64,000 nt of DNA from Octopus bimaculoides (GCF_001194135.2 NC_068989.1:64418833-64482832); one strand, 5' to 3'. Positions 11,771 to 24,366 are shown, counted from the stretch's first letter. Made by a program: numbers and translations. Notes: generated by a model from the sequence alone, not told the origin.

Positions 11771-12535
11771 TTTATCTTGTAGAATATTGCCATATGAGTT
11801 GTGTAGTTATGTCTGTTTGGTAACTGTGACATGTGAGTTGTATTACGTGTTTTAACACTGACTGGTGACTCCGTAGAGCAACTTTTCTTAAACTCACCGG
11901 TAGCGAATACTTAGCGTTATAAACTACAAGGCGGAGTTAGTGGGGTGAGTGTTATAAGAAGAGTTATGCAGGGATCACTGTGCGGATTACCATAAGGAGC
12001 ACTGAGTGCTTAGAAGGTGCAATTTTGCTTTGAAATAAAATATTCAAAAAAGGTATTTTAAACAGATTGTAAAAAATATATCAGGATTAAAATACGAATT
12101 AGACATTGTAATATAGGTGAGAGAAGAAACACGAATGATGACGTACAAATGTCCAATATAGTTTCATTAGTAATTTCCATAAAAATTTAATGTAAGGGTA
12201 GTAGGTCACAAAAATATCTAAAAACAGGTACATTATGGATGAACTAGTATACAAAATGTGGATAGTTAGCAACTGAGCAAAATTAGTTTGTGTTTAATTA
12301 AACAATATGCTGCCTTTTACTTTGCAAACGGTGGTGGTAGGTAAAAATGTAAAACAGCTTTCTGTGGAGTGGGTGGAAACTGAACTATTAACACAAGGAG
12401 CTGAGCATCGCTAGTTTAGAATGTGTAATGTGCACTACGTGAGTTGTATTACGTGGTCTGATCAATAAGTATCCGGAACACAACCATACAAACAAAATAA
12501 TGATAATAAAAATAATAATAATGACAATAATAATA

Positions 12536-12772
12536 ATTCCTATCATCGTGGGCGCATTAGGTATGATTAAAAAATATTCAGACAAATACGTAACAAAAAC
12601 ACCAGGACTAACAAATATATATAACATACAGAAAATAGCACTACTAGGCACTGCACACATCCCACGTAAAACACTTTCAATACAGTAACCATAAGAGCAT
12701 CACAGCAAAACACAGCACATACCCAAGGCACACAGAGCTGCGCTCGGTAGTGCAGTGAAAGCACATTATAAA
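12536..12772 (+). mobile_element. R4/Dong-like non-LTR retrotransposon, extreme 3' fragment
   Basis: IPIIVGALGMIKKYSDKY...IQKIALLGTAHIPRKTLSIQ* (stop 12686-88) is the typical end of an RLE-type ORF; begins in a decayed (AAT)n tract. Confidence 0.8.
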
Positions 12773-12783
12773 CATAAGACTAT

Positions 12784-12853
<70 letters not shown>

Positions 12854-12854
<1 letters not shown>

Positions 12855-13372
12855 CGACAGAACGATCCAGGCTAATCGACCAGACATAGTCATTAAAGAC
12901 AGATGAAAAAAACACTTGTAGATTAATAGATATAAGTGTAGATTAATAGATATAAGTGTTCCCACTGATAAAAATATATTTGCAAAAGAATTTGACAAAT
13001 TAAGTAAATATAAGGACCTGGAAATTGAAATTCAAAAGATGTAGCATCTTAAAGCGAGAATTGTTTCTGTTTTTGTGGGTGCACTAGGTATGATAAGAAA
13101 GGGATGTCAGAAATATCTAGATAACATCCCAGGAGAACCATGACTCACAGAAATCCAAAAAGATTGTACTGACAAGTGCTGTCCATATCCTTAGAAAAAC
13201 CCTACCTATTTAAATGTCTGTATTGTATTACATGAAGATATTTTGCTACTGCTCTTTCCACTTCCCCTCCCCAAGCTTTCAGTCATACTGTAGTATTTCT
13301 TATCTTTCACTCGCCCTAAGACATTGGGTGCGACTCGGCGAGTGATTGTAACAAACATGCAGATTAAAAGTA
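12854..13372 (+). mobile_element. R4/Dong-like non-LTR retrotransposon 3' fragment (RLE endonuclease), pseudogenised
   Basis: DRTIQANRPDIVIKD..CRLIDISVPTDKNIFAKEFDKLSKYKDLEIEI..VGALGMI..IQKIVLTSAVHILRKTL* is a PD-(D/E)xK RLE motif. It has stops, a 20-bp tandem duplication (12917-12956) and (AAT)n on both sides. Confidence 0.9.
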
Positions 13373-13764
13373 AATAATAATAATAATAATAATAATAAGA
13401 AGAAGAAGAAGAAGAAGAAGAAGAACAACAATAATTTCTGATTCTGGCACAAGGCCAGCAGTTTTTTAATAAGATGGTTTTAGTCGCTACAATAAACTCC
13501 AGTAATTCATTGGTACATTGTTTTTATCAACCCTGAAAGGATGAATGATAAAGTTGACATCAGTGGGATTCGAACCCGGAAGGTTAAGAACAGGAGCAAG
13601 TGCCCAAGAAGAAGCCGTTGATGCTTGAAGAGATATACAATAAGTCAGATGAAAGCCCTCGAATTTGACTGGTTCTTATTTAATATCAACTTCAGAAATA
13701 TGACAGGTAAACAGGCAATAACCGATGGTTTTGTATTCTGAAACGTAACGAGTCGTAGCTAAAT

Positions 13765-13815
<51 letters not shown>

Positions 13816-13951
13816 CACCACCACCACCACCACCACCATNNNNNNNNNNNNNNNNNNNNNNNNNNNNNNNNNNNNNNNNNNNNNNNNNNNNNNNNNNNNN
13901 NNNNNNNNNNNNNNNNNNATCATCATCACCACCACCACCACCACCACCACC

Positions 13952-14003
<52 letters not shown>

Positions 14004-15120
14004 TCACCACCATCACCACCACCATCACCAACACCACCACTGCTACTACCACCAGTAGATACGGTTCTTTGAAATATAAAAGATAATTATCTAAGACCGA
14101 TGACTTCTTTATCTTGTCTCCGAGGGAAATTAGAAAGCCAAGCCTTGTACTCACATTTGACACTCACTAAGCATTACTTGGATATAAAAGTGGCGTGATC
14201 ATCTATGCAGACTACTGAAGAAGTAGATGAAGAAGAAAAAAAATGAAGGATACCAGAAAAAAAACAAAACAAAGCAAAACAACAACAAAAAAAAACAAAT
14301 ATTAATTTGAAAGAAAATTATTACTTATTTCCAATGTCTTTTTTTTTGTGCGTGATTTAGTAAATAGATAAAAAAAAATTTATATGACTGATATAGAATG
14401 GATACAGTATAGTACCGGATAAAACCACAAGGCTATAGGAAGAGAGAGATAGAGACAGAGAGAGAGATAGAGACAGAGATATATATATATAGAGAGAGAT
14501 AGAAAGAGAGAGAGAGAGAGATAGAGAGGGAGAGAAAGAGAGTCTGAAAGTCATATCAAAAGAATCAAGGTGACATTGGTTACTGTACCAAAATTATCTC
14601 TAGTGTACAAACTCAATAGTATTTTAAGAATAAGAACGAGTCAGCCATGAATAACAACCACAACGACTCCATACGTCAGTTTGTACAGAAATAATTAGCA
14701 TAATTAAAAAATGTCTTTGCAACCACGTGATTTTGGATTCAGTTCCACTGCGCAGTTTGGTAGACGGAAACTGAAAGAAGCCTGTCAAACATACACGCGC
14801 GCGCACAAATACGCATAACAAAACTAGAAACAGGAATTTTTTGGCATTATGTATTCACCATTACACGTGTTTCATTTCCTATAGGAATTACAAAGTTTTA
14901 CATGATATATAGACATGTAAGGAATTTCCTATTAGAAATTCTTCAACCAGAGAAATTAAAAGATACAAGCTTTATGTTAGGATGAAGCATTTATATCTGG
15001 ATTTGAATCAGGAGCAGCACAGACAGCCCCAGTGAAAGAAGAAAAGAGAGATTGTAATAGTGGAATTAAAAGATGTTTCATGAGGAAACAGCTTGGATTT
15101 ACCATAACGATCTACATAAT

Positions 15121-15420
15121 ATATATATAGTCGGCTCCAGCTCGTATCCGAGTATTGGGTTCGTCAGTTTCTATCCAGTCTCCTCGGCTGATGTTTGTGC
15201 CGAATGTGACTTTGAAGTCCAAGTCGGTGGTGAAAGAGTTGTGGACAGAATTCGCACAGGATGGTCGGTGCAGGTCGAGGATGTTGAAGACACTCCTTTC
15301 TTCTCCTGTGTTTTACTTCCTCACTCTGTTGTCTATTCTGCTCGAAGGAGCTGGCTCCATTGCGGATAGCAGTCCTTCAGGCTGTCCTATCCATGGCAAT
15401 GAAGATGGATGGATGTTAAT
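15121..15420 (-). mobile_element. RTE-clade LINE 3' end with C-terminal C2H2 zinc finger (not in ORF track)
   Basis: Minus frame IAMDRTA*RTAIRNGASSFEQNRQQSEEVKHRRRK...CEFCPQLFHHRLGLQSHIRHKH..* (stop 15164-66), short 3' UTR and (TA)n end. Confidence 0.85.
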
Positions 15421-15764
15421 ATATATTAATCAAAGTGTACAACATTATATATTCATTACGGCTGATCAGCTGATCTTATCAATCGGTTTCGTACCAGGGG
15501 TTCAACGGAGTGTTAGGTAACAGTCCGATTATGTAACCCTGCGCTCAGAGGAAGCTGTCATATGCACAGCAGCCAATATCACTTTGATTCGTCTGATAAG
15601 AATTAAAAACTGCTTCTATCTTTCTTTCTCCTTCTCTTTCTGTTCCGTATAGCCTCGTGTTTTTTTTCCGCTACCGGCCTGTATTCATTGTATACCAGAT
15701 ACCGCTATGATAGTAGCACCTTTAACACTGATCGCTGTGTACGGGATTCAGTATGCTGAATAAT

Positions 15765-16355
15765 AACAAGAGCACTCAGAGAGCACAAACTTCCGCCAAG
15801 ACAACACCAACGTCCTCTCAACGATTAGCCAGAAATGATTTTTAAAATGAGAATATCTGAAATAAACTCGACTGCTCTCACAAACGAGAATACTAAAAAT
15901 GAACCCGATCGCTTTCAAAGATTAAGTAAAACAAAACAACGGGAAAATAATCCAGAATCCTTGTCCGATACCTGATCGATTCCAATGGTAGTCATGGACT
16001 GTGAAGGTGACTGTAGAAAATTTAGTGAACAGTAATAAGTAGTTTATCCTTATCTAATACAAGCTAAAGTTAACAAATTCAAAATAGTTACAGCCTAAAG
16101 GGAGATAATTGAGAAAGACTTGAAAGTTAACGTAAAATTGTAATCATGTAAAGTAAATATAACAAATAATCCAAAATCCTTGTCCTATACCGGATCGATC
16201 CCAAAATCTGATTACTTTGTGCCAGTCACCAGGCCCAACATCTCTGAAAGTTTCATCCGAATCGATCAAGCGGTTCTTGAGATATCTTGTCCACGGACAA
16301 ACAAACAAACAAACGCGACTGAAAACAATACTCTACCTTCGCAAAGGCCGAGGTA
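15765..16355 (+). mobile_element. Helentron/DINE-1-like non-autonomous rolling-circle element
   Basis: 5' AACAAGAGCACTCAGAGAGCACAAACTTCCGCCAAG, core AAGTTTCATCCGAATCGATC..GATATCTTGTCCAC, (CAAA)n microsatellite, 3' imperfect hairpin TACCTTCGC-AAA-GGCCGAGGTA related to the 5' subterminal motif. Confidence 0.65.
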
Positions 16356-16374
16356 GTAATAATAATAATAATCC

Positions 16375-16678
16375 TGAAGTAGTTGTATGCTGTCAACTTA
16401 ATGTGACAGTCCCATGAAGGGAATAATACTACTGTTGTTTAGACCTAGAAAGCTGCACCGCTTCCTGTCGGCCTTTACACATTTCCTGTGTCCTTATGTT
16501 TACAAGGGGGAGACGAGTACCTCCACCCAGCTAAGCCTGTCGCTCCATTGTAAACATAAGGACACAGGAAATGTGTCAAAGCCGACAGGAAGCGGTGCAA
16601 CTTCCTAGGTCTAAACAACAGTAGTATCATTCCCCTCATGGGACTGTCACATTAAGTTGACAGCATACAACTACTTCA
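16375..16678. repeat. Fold-back inverted repeat, ~131-bp arms, ~42-nt GC-rich spacer
   Basis: 16375-16505 is the reverse complement of 16548-16678 with about 6 mismatches. Confidence 0.95.
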
Positions 16679-16734
16679 TCGTATTACTACTGCATAAATC
16701 TCTCCGAGAGATTTAGACATGTATTATTTCTAAA

Positions 16735-16950
16735 TAATAATCCTATCTACTACAGGCACAAGGCCTGAAATTTTGCAGGTGGAGGTATACTCGATAACAT
16801 TGACTCCGTTGCTCGACTGGTATTTTATCTTATTGACCCCGAAAGAAGAAAAGTCAAAGTCACCCTCAGTGTGATTTGAGCTGAGAACGTATTAGAGCCA
16901 GAAGAAAAACCGCTAAGCATTTCTTCCGACTTACTAATGATTCTGCAATT
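16735..16950 (-). mobile_element. SINE family B
   Basis: AATAATAATCCTATCTACTACAGGCACAAGGCC...GACCCCGAAAG...GCTAAGCATTT. Confidence 0.85.
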
Positions 16951-17674
16951 CTGAGAGATGTGTATTATAAAGCGAACAATTATTCTAATCAATATTTTAA
17001 TTTCCAAAAAGATAGATTCACTTTCTCAAGTAACTCAATATCGAGAAGTTGTATGCATTTACAAGAATCAGTCTCAAAGAAATAAGAGACAAATACGGGA
17101 AGATTATTACAATACTCTAAATCACATTACTGCAAGACCAATGGCAATATAAATAAGATTCCTAAATGCTTTATAGCAAATCAATTTTAATAATTTAAAT
17201 TCTACATTGATAGAATACCAAAAACTTCACTTCCCCAGGGCAATATTAACTGTTTGGAGTTTGGTTGTATCAATAAGAAAGAATTCTATAATAACGTTGG
17301 AAGATTTAAAATTGTTTACTCTTTGATGTTTTTAAGGATTCATTAGAAAATTAATATGTGAAAATATGAAGGATAATGAAGCTAACTTAATTATATTATA
17401 ACATATGGGTGTTTGTTATATATTCTCAATTAAGATAAAATACTTCCGCGTTTAAAATAAAATGGAGTATATTTCGTTTTTTTTTTTTCAAAGTCGTTTT
17501 TTTTTAATTAACCGCTTTCAATGCTTCATTACAACAGGCAGTTAATTATTATGTTAATTATTAAGTCAAAAACAAATCGGCCATGAATCAAAGAATCACT
17601 GCATGATTAATAATGTTATAATAGCTGTTAATATTTTATGTATGATTTAGATATACTATTTGTATCGTTTGTCG

Positions 17675-17875
17675 TTTACTTGTTTTAATCACTGAACCGC
17701 GGCCATGTTGGGAACCTTCTTTGAAGGATTTAGCCGAACAGATTGACTCCAGTAATTTGTTCTTAGCATGTATGTTACTTATTCTATCGTTCTCGTTTGC
17801 TGAGCTGCTAAGTTACGAAGGCTTAAATAAACCAACATCAGTAGTCAAGCGACGGTGGGAGAAAAATACCCACAT
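17675..17875 (-). mobile_element. SINE family A, 3' domain
   Basis: GCGGCCATGTTGG...TATTCTATCG...GCTAAGTTACG...GTCAAGCGACGGTGG. Confidence 0.75.
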
Positions 17876-19535
17876 GTATGGATATTATACATGAGATATA
17901 TGCATACATATATACATATAATTCTTCACTGTATGTGTTAATATTGTCATCCCTTTCAAATTTACGGGAAACATACACAGGCATAACTTTTCGTGATGTG
18001 CAGAGTGTTTCTCTTCCAGGTTCTTGTTGAGATATGCTAGACATGCACGTCTAGGTGCGAATGAGAGATTCTCTAAAAAGTGAATGCTTCTTGAGGACTT
18101 CACTACCGAACTACAGAATGCTGCTCGCATCATTTTCAGTCGTTGGCTGGTTTATTTATTTTCTCTGTTATTGTTGAGCAAGTGTTGTCTGAGCGATATC
18201 ATACGACATTCAAAGGCTGTCTGAACTGATCTCATTTAAGACTTTTCCACTTTCTATTGTTTCGAGGTAGAGTATGTAGACACCACTGTTTCTTTGGAAA
18301 TTTGCGACTAATCTCAGGACCCCACAGATTTTAATGTCTATGGTGTGAATTTCATCTTATAGACTAGTTAACCATCCCAGATGTTGGTATCAGTACGGAT
18401 ACTGCAAATGCATTGTGGGATATTGTCTCGTAAGAAGAAAGCTCCAGCTGACATACATTTTAAAAACTATTGTAACATTCTTTGGTTACTATATCGTTGT
18501 TCACATAATTTTTCTATGGTATATTTTTACCAATAACTAAGCATTTTTAGTACTTATTATGTAGAAGAGGGGGGATATTATTGAGGCAGATTTTGGGTCT
18601 TGGGAACAATCGTTTTACTTTCAATCGTTAAACTCCATCTCTGTATCAGCAGAAAATGTAACTAAATCCACTTGTTAGTTGGCATTGTAAATATTTCAGG
18701 CATATAACATGTCGAAATTATGGCTGAAATGGGAGAAATTAGTGTGTCTTGCTGTTGCAAACCCTAAGACATAGACAGAAGACTTCTGTAGAAGAAATGA
18801 CAATGTATTTAGAGCCACAATAAACGGAAAACACAGACAGTCGCCTTGGAATATATCCGTTTCCAGTTATAAGTATGAGGATTGTGAGCCAGGACTTCAT
18901 GAGCCTTACGATGGAGTAACAATATGAACCTCTCTGTCTTACGATCTGTCTGTCTGTCTGTCTGTTTGTATATATTCTAGCAGTTCAGCATCTACTTTCA
19001 CTTTCCAACAACATTTGTTGAAGGCTTCAATTACGCAGGCTTCACGATAAGTCGTTTTAGAAGTGATCATCCCGTTTCATAATTTATCTAGCTATAAGTT
19101 TGTATTTCGGGTTACGTTACTCAATGAAATCTTTCCATTATTTGTCGTGGTCAGTTATGATTTGACTAAGATTTAGATGTTATATCTAGCATATCGAGTG
19201 ATCACGCAGGGGCCATTTTTGACTTTGGCTTCTTATGGAGGGACTATGGAGTGCATGGTTACTTAACTAATTGAATCAGAGACTTAACTGGTTTTAATTA
19301 GATAGGAATACACACACATACACACACACGCACACACATACACACACACACGCACGCACACACACACACACATACACGTACAAACACACTATACGTACAT
19401 ACATACATATACATACATATATATATACATATGCATATATACATACATACACACACACATACATATATATTTGTATGTATATGCTTATGCATATATACAC
19501 ACATATATATATACGTATGTATATTTGTATGTGCG

Positions 19536-19634
<99 letters not shown>

Positions 19635-20893
19635 CAAGGGATGGTAAGTAGAATACGAATGGGTAGTTGATCTTTTTATGTATGACCGCTACTTTATTTA
19701 ATTCGGGGAAAATTTCTAGTTCGAGGACCAAATTAGTTATATTTACCGGTTATATTGGAAACGAATCTCAAGTGTTTTATTCGTTTCAGGTTGAATCAGC
19801 CTTAACTGATTCATTACGATCTGCAGTCTCCTTTTAATCTGTTGTTGATTATAAATGATGTTGTTGTCAGCTAAGCAAATCATTAAGCTAATCGGCTTAT
19901 ATGAATGTGTGTGTGTATGTGTGTATGTATGTGAATTTATAGGTATGTATCCATGTATATATATGTGTGTGTTGATTTATCTGTCTACCTGGCTGTCTGA
20001 ATTTCTCAGTTTCTTTATCTGTCTGTCTATGTACGTATGTATGCATGTGTGTATGTATATATGTATGGATGCATGTATGTATGTGTGTATCGCTACCTGT
20101 CTACACACACACATACACACACACACACACACACAAAACCTTTTCGGAACTTTCCAATTAGAAGATTGCTTGGATAATTTATCAATTTACAGATAATTTG
20201 TTCCACAGTTGGAGATAAGTTAATCAAGAATGCCTGGGCGATAAATGTTGGAACCAAGACGCAGGAATGATGAGCAGGCCACCTTTCATATGTATATATA
20301 TATATATANNNNNNNNNNNNNNNNNNNNNNNNNNNNNNNNNNNNNNNNNNNNNNNNNNNNNNNNNNNNNNNNNNNNNNNNNNNNNNNNNNNNNNNNNNNN
20401 NNNNNNNNNNNNNNNNNNNNNNNNNNNNNNNNNNNNNNNNNNNNNNNNNNNNNNNNNNNNNNNNNNNNNNNNNNNNNNNNNNNNNNNNNNNNNNNNNNNN
20501 NNNNNNNNNNNNNNNNNNNNNNNNNNNNNNNNNNNNNNNNNNNNNNNNNNNNNNNNNNNNNNNNNNNNNNNNNNNNNNNNNNNNNNNNNNNNNNNNNNNN
20601 NNNNNNNNNNNNNNNNNNNNNNNNNNNNNNNNNNNNNNNNNNNNNNNNATATATATATATATATATATATATATACTTAAAACATAAAATAAATTATGAA
20701 AAGTAAAGAACTAAATTGCAGTTATCAGATTCAAATTAATGCATTTCTAAAGCACGGTCTATTTAATATCTATTAATTTACTTTGAATTCTTTAAATATA
20801 TCCCACCGTACCACCTATGACAGTATAATGTTTATAGGAGAAAATTTCAATGAAAAAAAAGTAAAGAACATGATTTTATTTAACAGATAAGCA

Positions 20894-21222
20894 CGGGCGT
20901 GGCTGTGTGGTAAGGAGTTTGCTTCCCAACCACATCGTTTTGTGTTCAGTCCCATTGCGGGACACCTTGCGCAAATGTCTTTTACTATAGCCTTGGGCCG
21001 ATCAAAATCTTGCGAGTAGATTTTGTAGATGGAAACAGAGTCGTTAGCACGCCGGGCAAAATGTTTAGCGGCATTTCGTCCGTTTTACGTTCTGGGTTCA
21101 TATTCCACCGAGGTTGACTTTGCCTTTCATCCTTTCGGGGTCGATAAAATAAATACCGTTTGAGTACTAGGGTTCATGTAATTTGGAAATTGCTGGCCTT
21201 GAGCCAAAATTTGAAACCATTA
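20894..21222 (+). mobile_element. Chimera: SINE A 5' domain fused to a 5'-clipped SINE B
   Basis: GGCGTGGCTGTGTGGTAAGG...GTAGATGGAAAC joins directly to AGAGTCGTTAGCACGCCGGGC... at ~21036-21041. Confidence 0.8.
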
Positions 21223-21808
21223 TTTTCAAGTGTTGCTTAAAGGAAATGTGAGAGTGAAAAAAGAAAAAAAAAGGAAACACTTCTCACTAATATATTTTAT
21301 AAAAGTTAGAGAAGGCGGTTGATAAGTTGATCAGTATTGACCCCTGGGGATTGTTTATGGCTAACCAAGGAGATGATAAACGCCTGAAAGAATTTTGAAC
21401 ATTAAGGGTGCTGGATTATTAGCGAAATGAATCTGGAAGAGTTCGGTAATTTAAGACTGAAACTCACTAATTTCCAACCAAATAGTGATGCAGTAACTAA
21501 TATTTATTCACCAGACACACATTTCACATTGAATATTCTGACTGTATTATAAAATGATTGAATTTTTATTGTTCTTTATCAACTAAATCCTGTTTTCATT
21601 AAATCTCATTAAGTATTTCTTATTAAAAAGCAGTAATAACACAAAAGAACGAAAGACATTATTGTCTTAAATTAAGGAATATTTTTTATTAATTATACTT
21701 TCTAGTCGTACTTTATAAATTTATGTGATGAGTTATCAAAGACTCTATGAAGGGATCGTGATGTAAAAATGTACTACCCTTTGAATTATTCCAACTGTTT
21801 TCACACAG

Positions 21809-21912
21809 GTCGACTGTGCAGAAGGGACAAAGAAAAGTTTCTTTCACCAGTTGTTGAAGATGGAAATGTTCAAGATTCACGTGAAATTAGTTCATTTTCT
21901 CTGATTGTTAAG
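21809..21912 (+). CDS. Candidate internal coding exon, protein unidentified
   Basis: Acceptor TGTTTTCACACAG|, donor AAG|GTAGCT, one open frame (G)RLCRRDKEKFLSPVVEDGNVQDSREISSFSLIVK, in repeat-poor flanks. No homology recognised. Confidence 0.35.
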
Positions 21913-22109
21913 GTAGCTAATTAATTATTTAAAGGATAATGAAGAAAAAACCCCGGTATTTCTACTTTATTTTCTCAACAGTTGGGGGTGTGCAAATATT
22001 TTCTTTGTTTTTTGTTCTTTCATCGTTATTGTGGTAAAGAAAAAAACGACCATCTTCCCATTTCTCCCCATCTTCATCGTCATCATTAATCATCATTGTC
22101 ATCATCATT

Positions 22110-22140
<31 letters not shown>

Positions 22141-23537
22141 CCATCGTCTTCTCATCATCATCGTCTCTTCATCATCATTATTATCATCAGCCTCCTCCTC
22201 ATCATGATCACCATCAGCTTATTCCCTAACACCACTATCATCATACTCACCACCACCACCACCACCAGCACCAACACCATCACCGCCACCNNNNNNNNNN
22301 NNNNNNNNNNNNNNNNNNNNNNNNNNNNNNNNNNNNNNNNNNNNNNNNNNNNNNNNNNNNNNNNNNNNNNNNNNNNNNNNNNNNNNNNNNNNNNNNNNNN
22401 NNNNNNNNNNNNNNNNNNNNNNNNNNNNNNNNNNNNNNNNNNNNNNNNNNNNNNNNNNNNNNNNNNNNNNNNNNNNNNNNNNNNNNNNNNNNNNNNNNNN
22501 NNNNNNNNNNNNNNNNNNNNNNNNNNNNNNNNNNNNNNNNNNNNNNNNNNNNNNNNNNNNNNNNNNNNNNNNNNNNNNNNNNNNNNNNNNNNNNNNNNNN
22601 NNNNNNNNNNNNNNNNNNNNNNNNNNNNNNNNNNNNNNNNNNNNNNNNNNNNNNNNNNNNNNNNNNNNNNNNNNNNNNNNNNNNNNNNNNNNNNNNNNNN
22701 NNNNNNNNNNNNNNNNNNNNNNNNNNNNNNNNNNNNNNNNNNNNNNNNNNNNNNNNNNNNNNNNNNNNNNNNNNNNNNNNNNNNNNNNNNNNNNNNNNNN
22801 NNNNNNNNNNNNNNNNNNNNNNNNNNNNNNNNNNNNNNNNNNNNNNNNNNNNNNNNNNNNNNNNNNNNNNNNNNNNNNNNNNNNNNNNNNNNNNNNNNNN
22901 NNNNNNNNNNNNNNNNNNNNNNNNNNNNNNNNNNNNNNNNNNNNNNNNNNNNNNNNNNNNNNNNNNNNNNNNNNNNNNNNNNNNNNNNNNNNNNNNNNNN
23001 NNNNNNNNNNNNGGAAACAAGTACCCTGACCTCCTAATACGCTGCAAACTCCTTATTTTTGTTCGGAAAAAAGATGGGGCGGGAAACCGGACCCTCTTAT
23101 ATCCCAGAATCATTGAAATTTCTTTTTTTTCGTTGACTGAATTCTGGTGACCTCCTAACATGCTACAGAACCCTTTTTTGGGTCCGGAAAACAGGGTAGA
23201 GTGCGGTGGGGAGGAACCCTCGGAAATTTCACTCCCACCCCCATTTTCAAATATTTTTGCTAACTCTTTCTTTACCCATAATTTTAGATAACATTTTGCA
23301 GAAATACGTTTTCGACAGCGTGTGGATTACATTAGATTGAAAATTCAAAGAAGTTTGAAATGAATTAGTGAAAATGCAGAGGTTATAGAAGTTAGTAGTA
23401 ATGAACTGTGGAGAGGTAACAAACGATAAATTCATCTTTAAAAAAACACGTTAGAGTTATAGAAAAAAAATGTTTTTGCTACCAGTGGCCTAGCATGTAG
23501 AAAACTAGTCAATAGACTCTATATTATTCATATAAAT

Positions 23538-23810
23538 ACAGTGTACATTTAAACACATAATAGATGACCATCATAGGACACCTAGCATGCTAGAAGGAGT
23601 AGCCAAAATCCAAACCACTTTTAGGGATAAATTTCGAAGGGAATGAAAAATAAAAACATATACCATCGATCTCCTGGATAGATGGTAAATGTTTTTATTT
23701 TTCATTCCCTTCGAAATTTATCCCTAATAGTGGTTTGGATTTTGGCTACTCCTTCTAGCATGCTAGGTGTCCTATGATGGTTACCTCTTATGTGTTTCAA
23801 TGTACACTGT
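23538..23810. repeat. Fold-back inverted repeat, ~130-bp arms, minimal loop
   Basis: 23567-23667 pairs with 23681-23781 with about 2 mismatches; outer extension ACAGTGTACATT.AAACACATAA / TTATGTGTTTCAATGTACACTGT. Confidence 0.95.
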
Positions 23811-23889
23811 GTGCGTGTGTGTGTATATACATATATATATATATATATATATACTTGGAAAAGGATGCGTGTCGTTCAATCATATGATA

Positions 23890-23924
<35 letters not shown>

Positions 23925-24366
23925 NNNNNNNNNNNNNNNNNNNNNNNNNNNNNNNNNNNNNNNNNNNNNNNNNNNNNNNNNNNNNNNNNNNNNNNNNNNN
24001 NNNNNNNNNNNNNNNNNNNNNNNNNNNNNNNNNNNNNNNNNNNNNNNNNNNNNNNNNNNNNNNNNNNNNNNNNNNNNNNNNNNNNNNNNNNNNNNNNNNN
24101 NNNNNNNNNNNNNNNNNNNNNNNNNNNNNNNNNNNNNNNNNNNNNNNNNNNNNNNNNNNNNNNNNNNNNNNNNNNNNNNNNNNNNNNNNNNNNNNNNNNN
24201 NNNNNNNNNNNNNNNNNNNNNNNNNNNNNNNNNNNNNNNNNNNNNNNNNNNNNNNNNNNNNNNNNNNNNNNNNNNNNNNNNNNNNNNNNNNNNNNNNNNN
24301 NNNNNNNNNNNNNNNNNNNNNNNNNNNNNNNNNNNNNNNNNNNNNNNNNNNNNNNNNNNNNNNNNN

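Noticed and set aside
12448-12478. TACGTGGTCTGATCAATAAGTATCCGGA mariner-like TIR (similar case TACAGGGTGGTCCGAAAGT near 34667)
   Set aside because: Single short ends with no partner TIR or transposase found; too little to annotate.
17885-18133. 82-aa minus-strand ORF
   Set aside because: No recognisable family; runs into a decayed microsatellite.
19715-19795. TCGAGGA..GAAACGAA..TTCGT hammerhead-like arrangement
   Set aside because: Core differs at two positions and there is no stem I.
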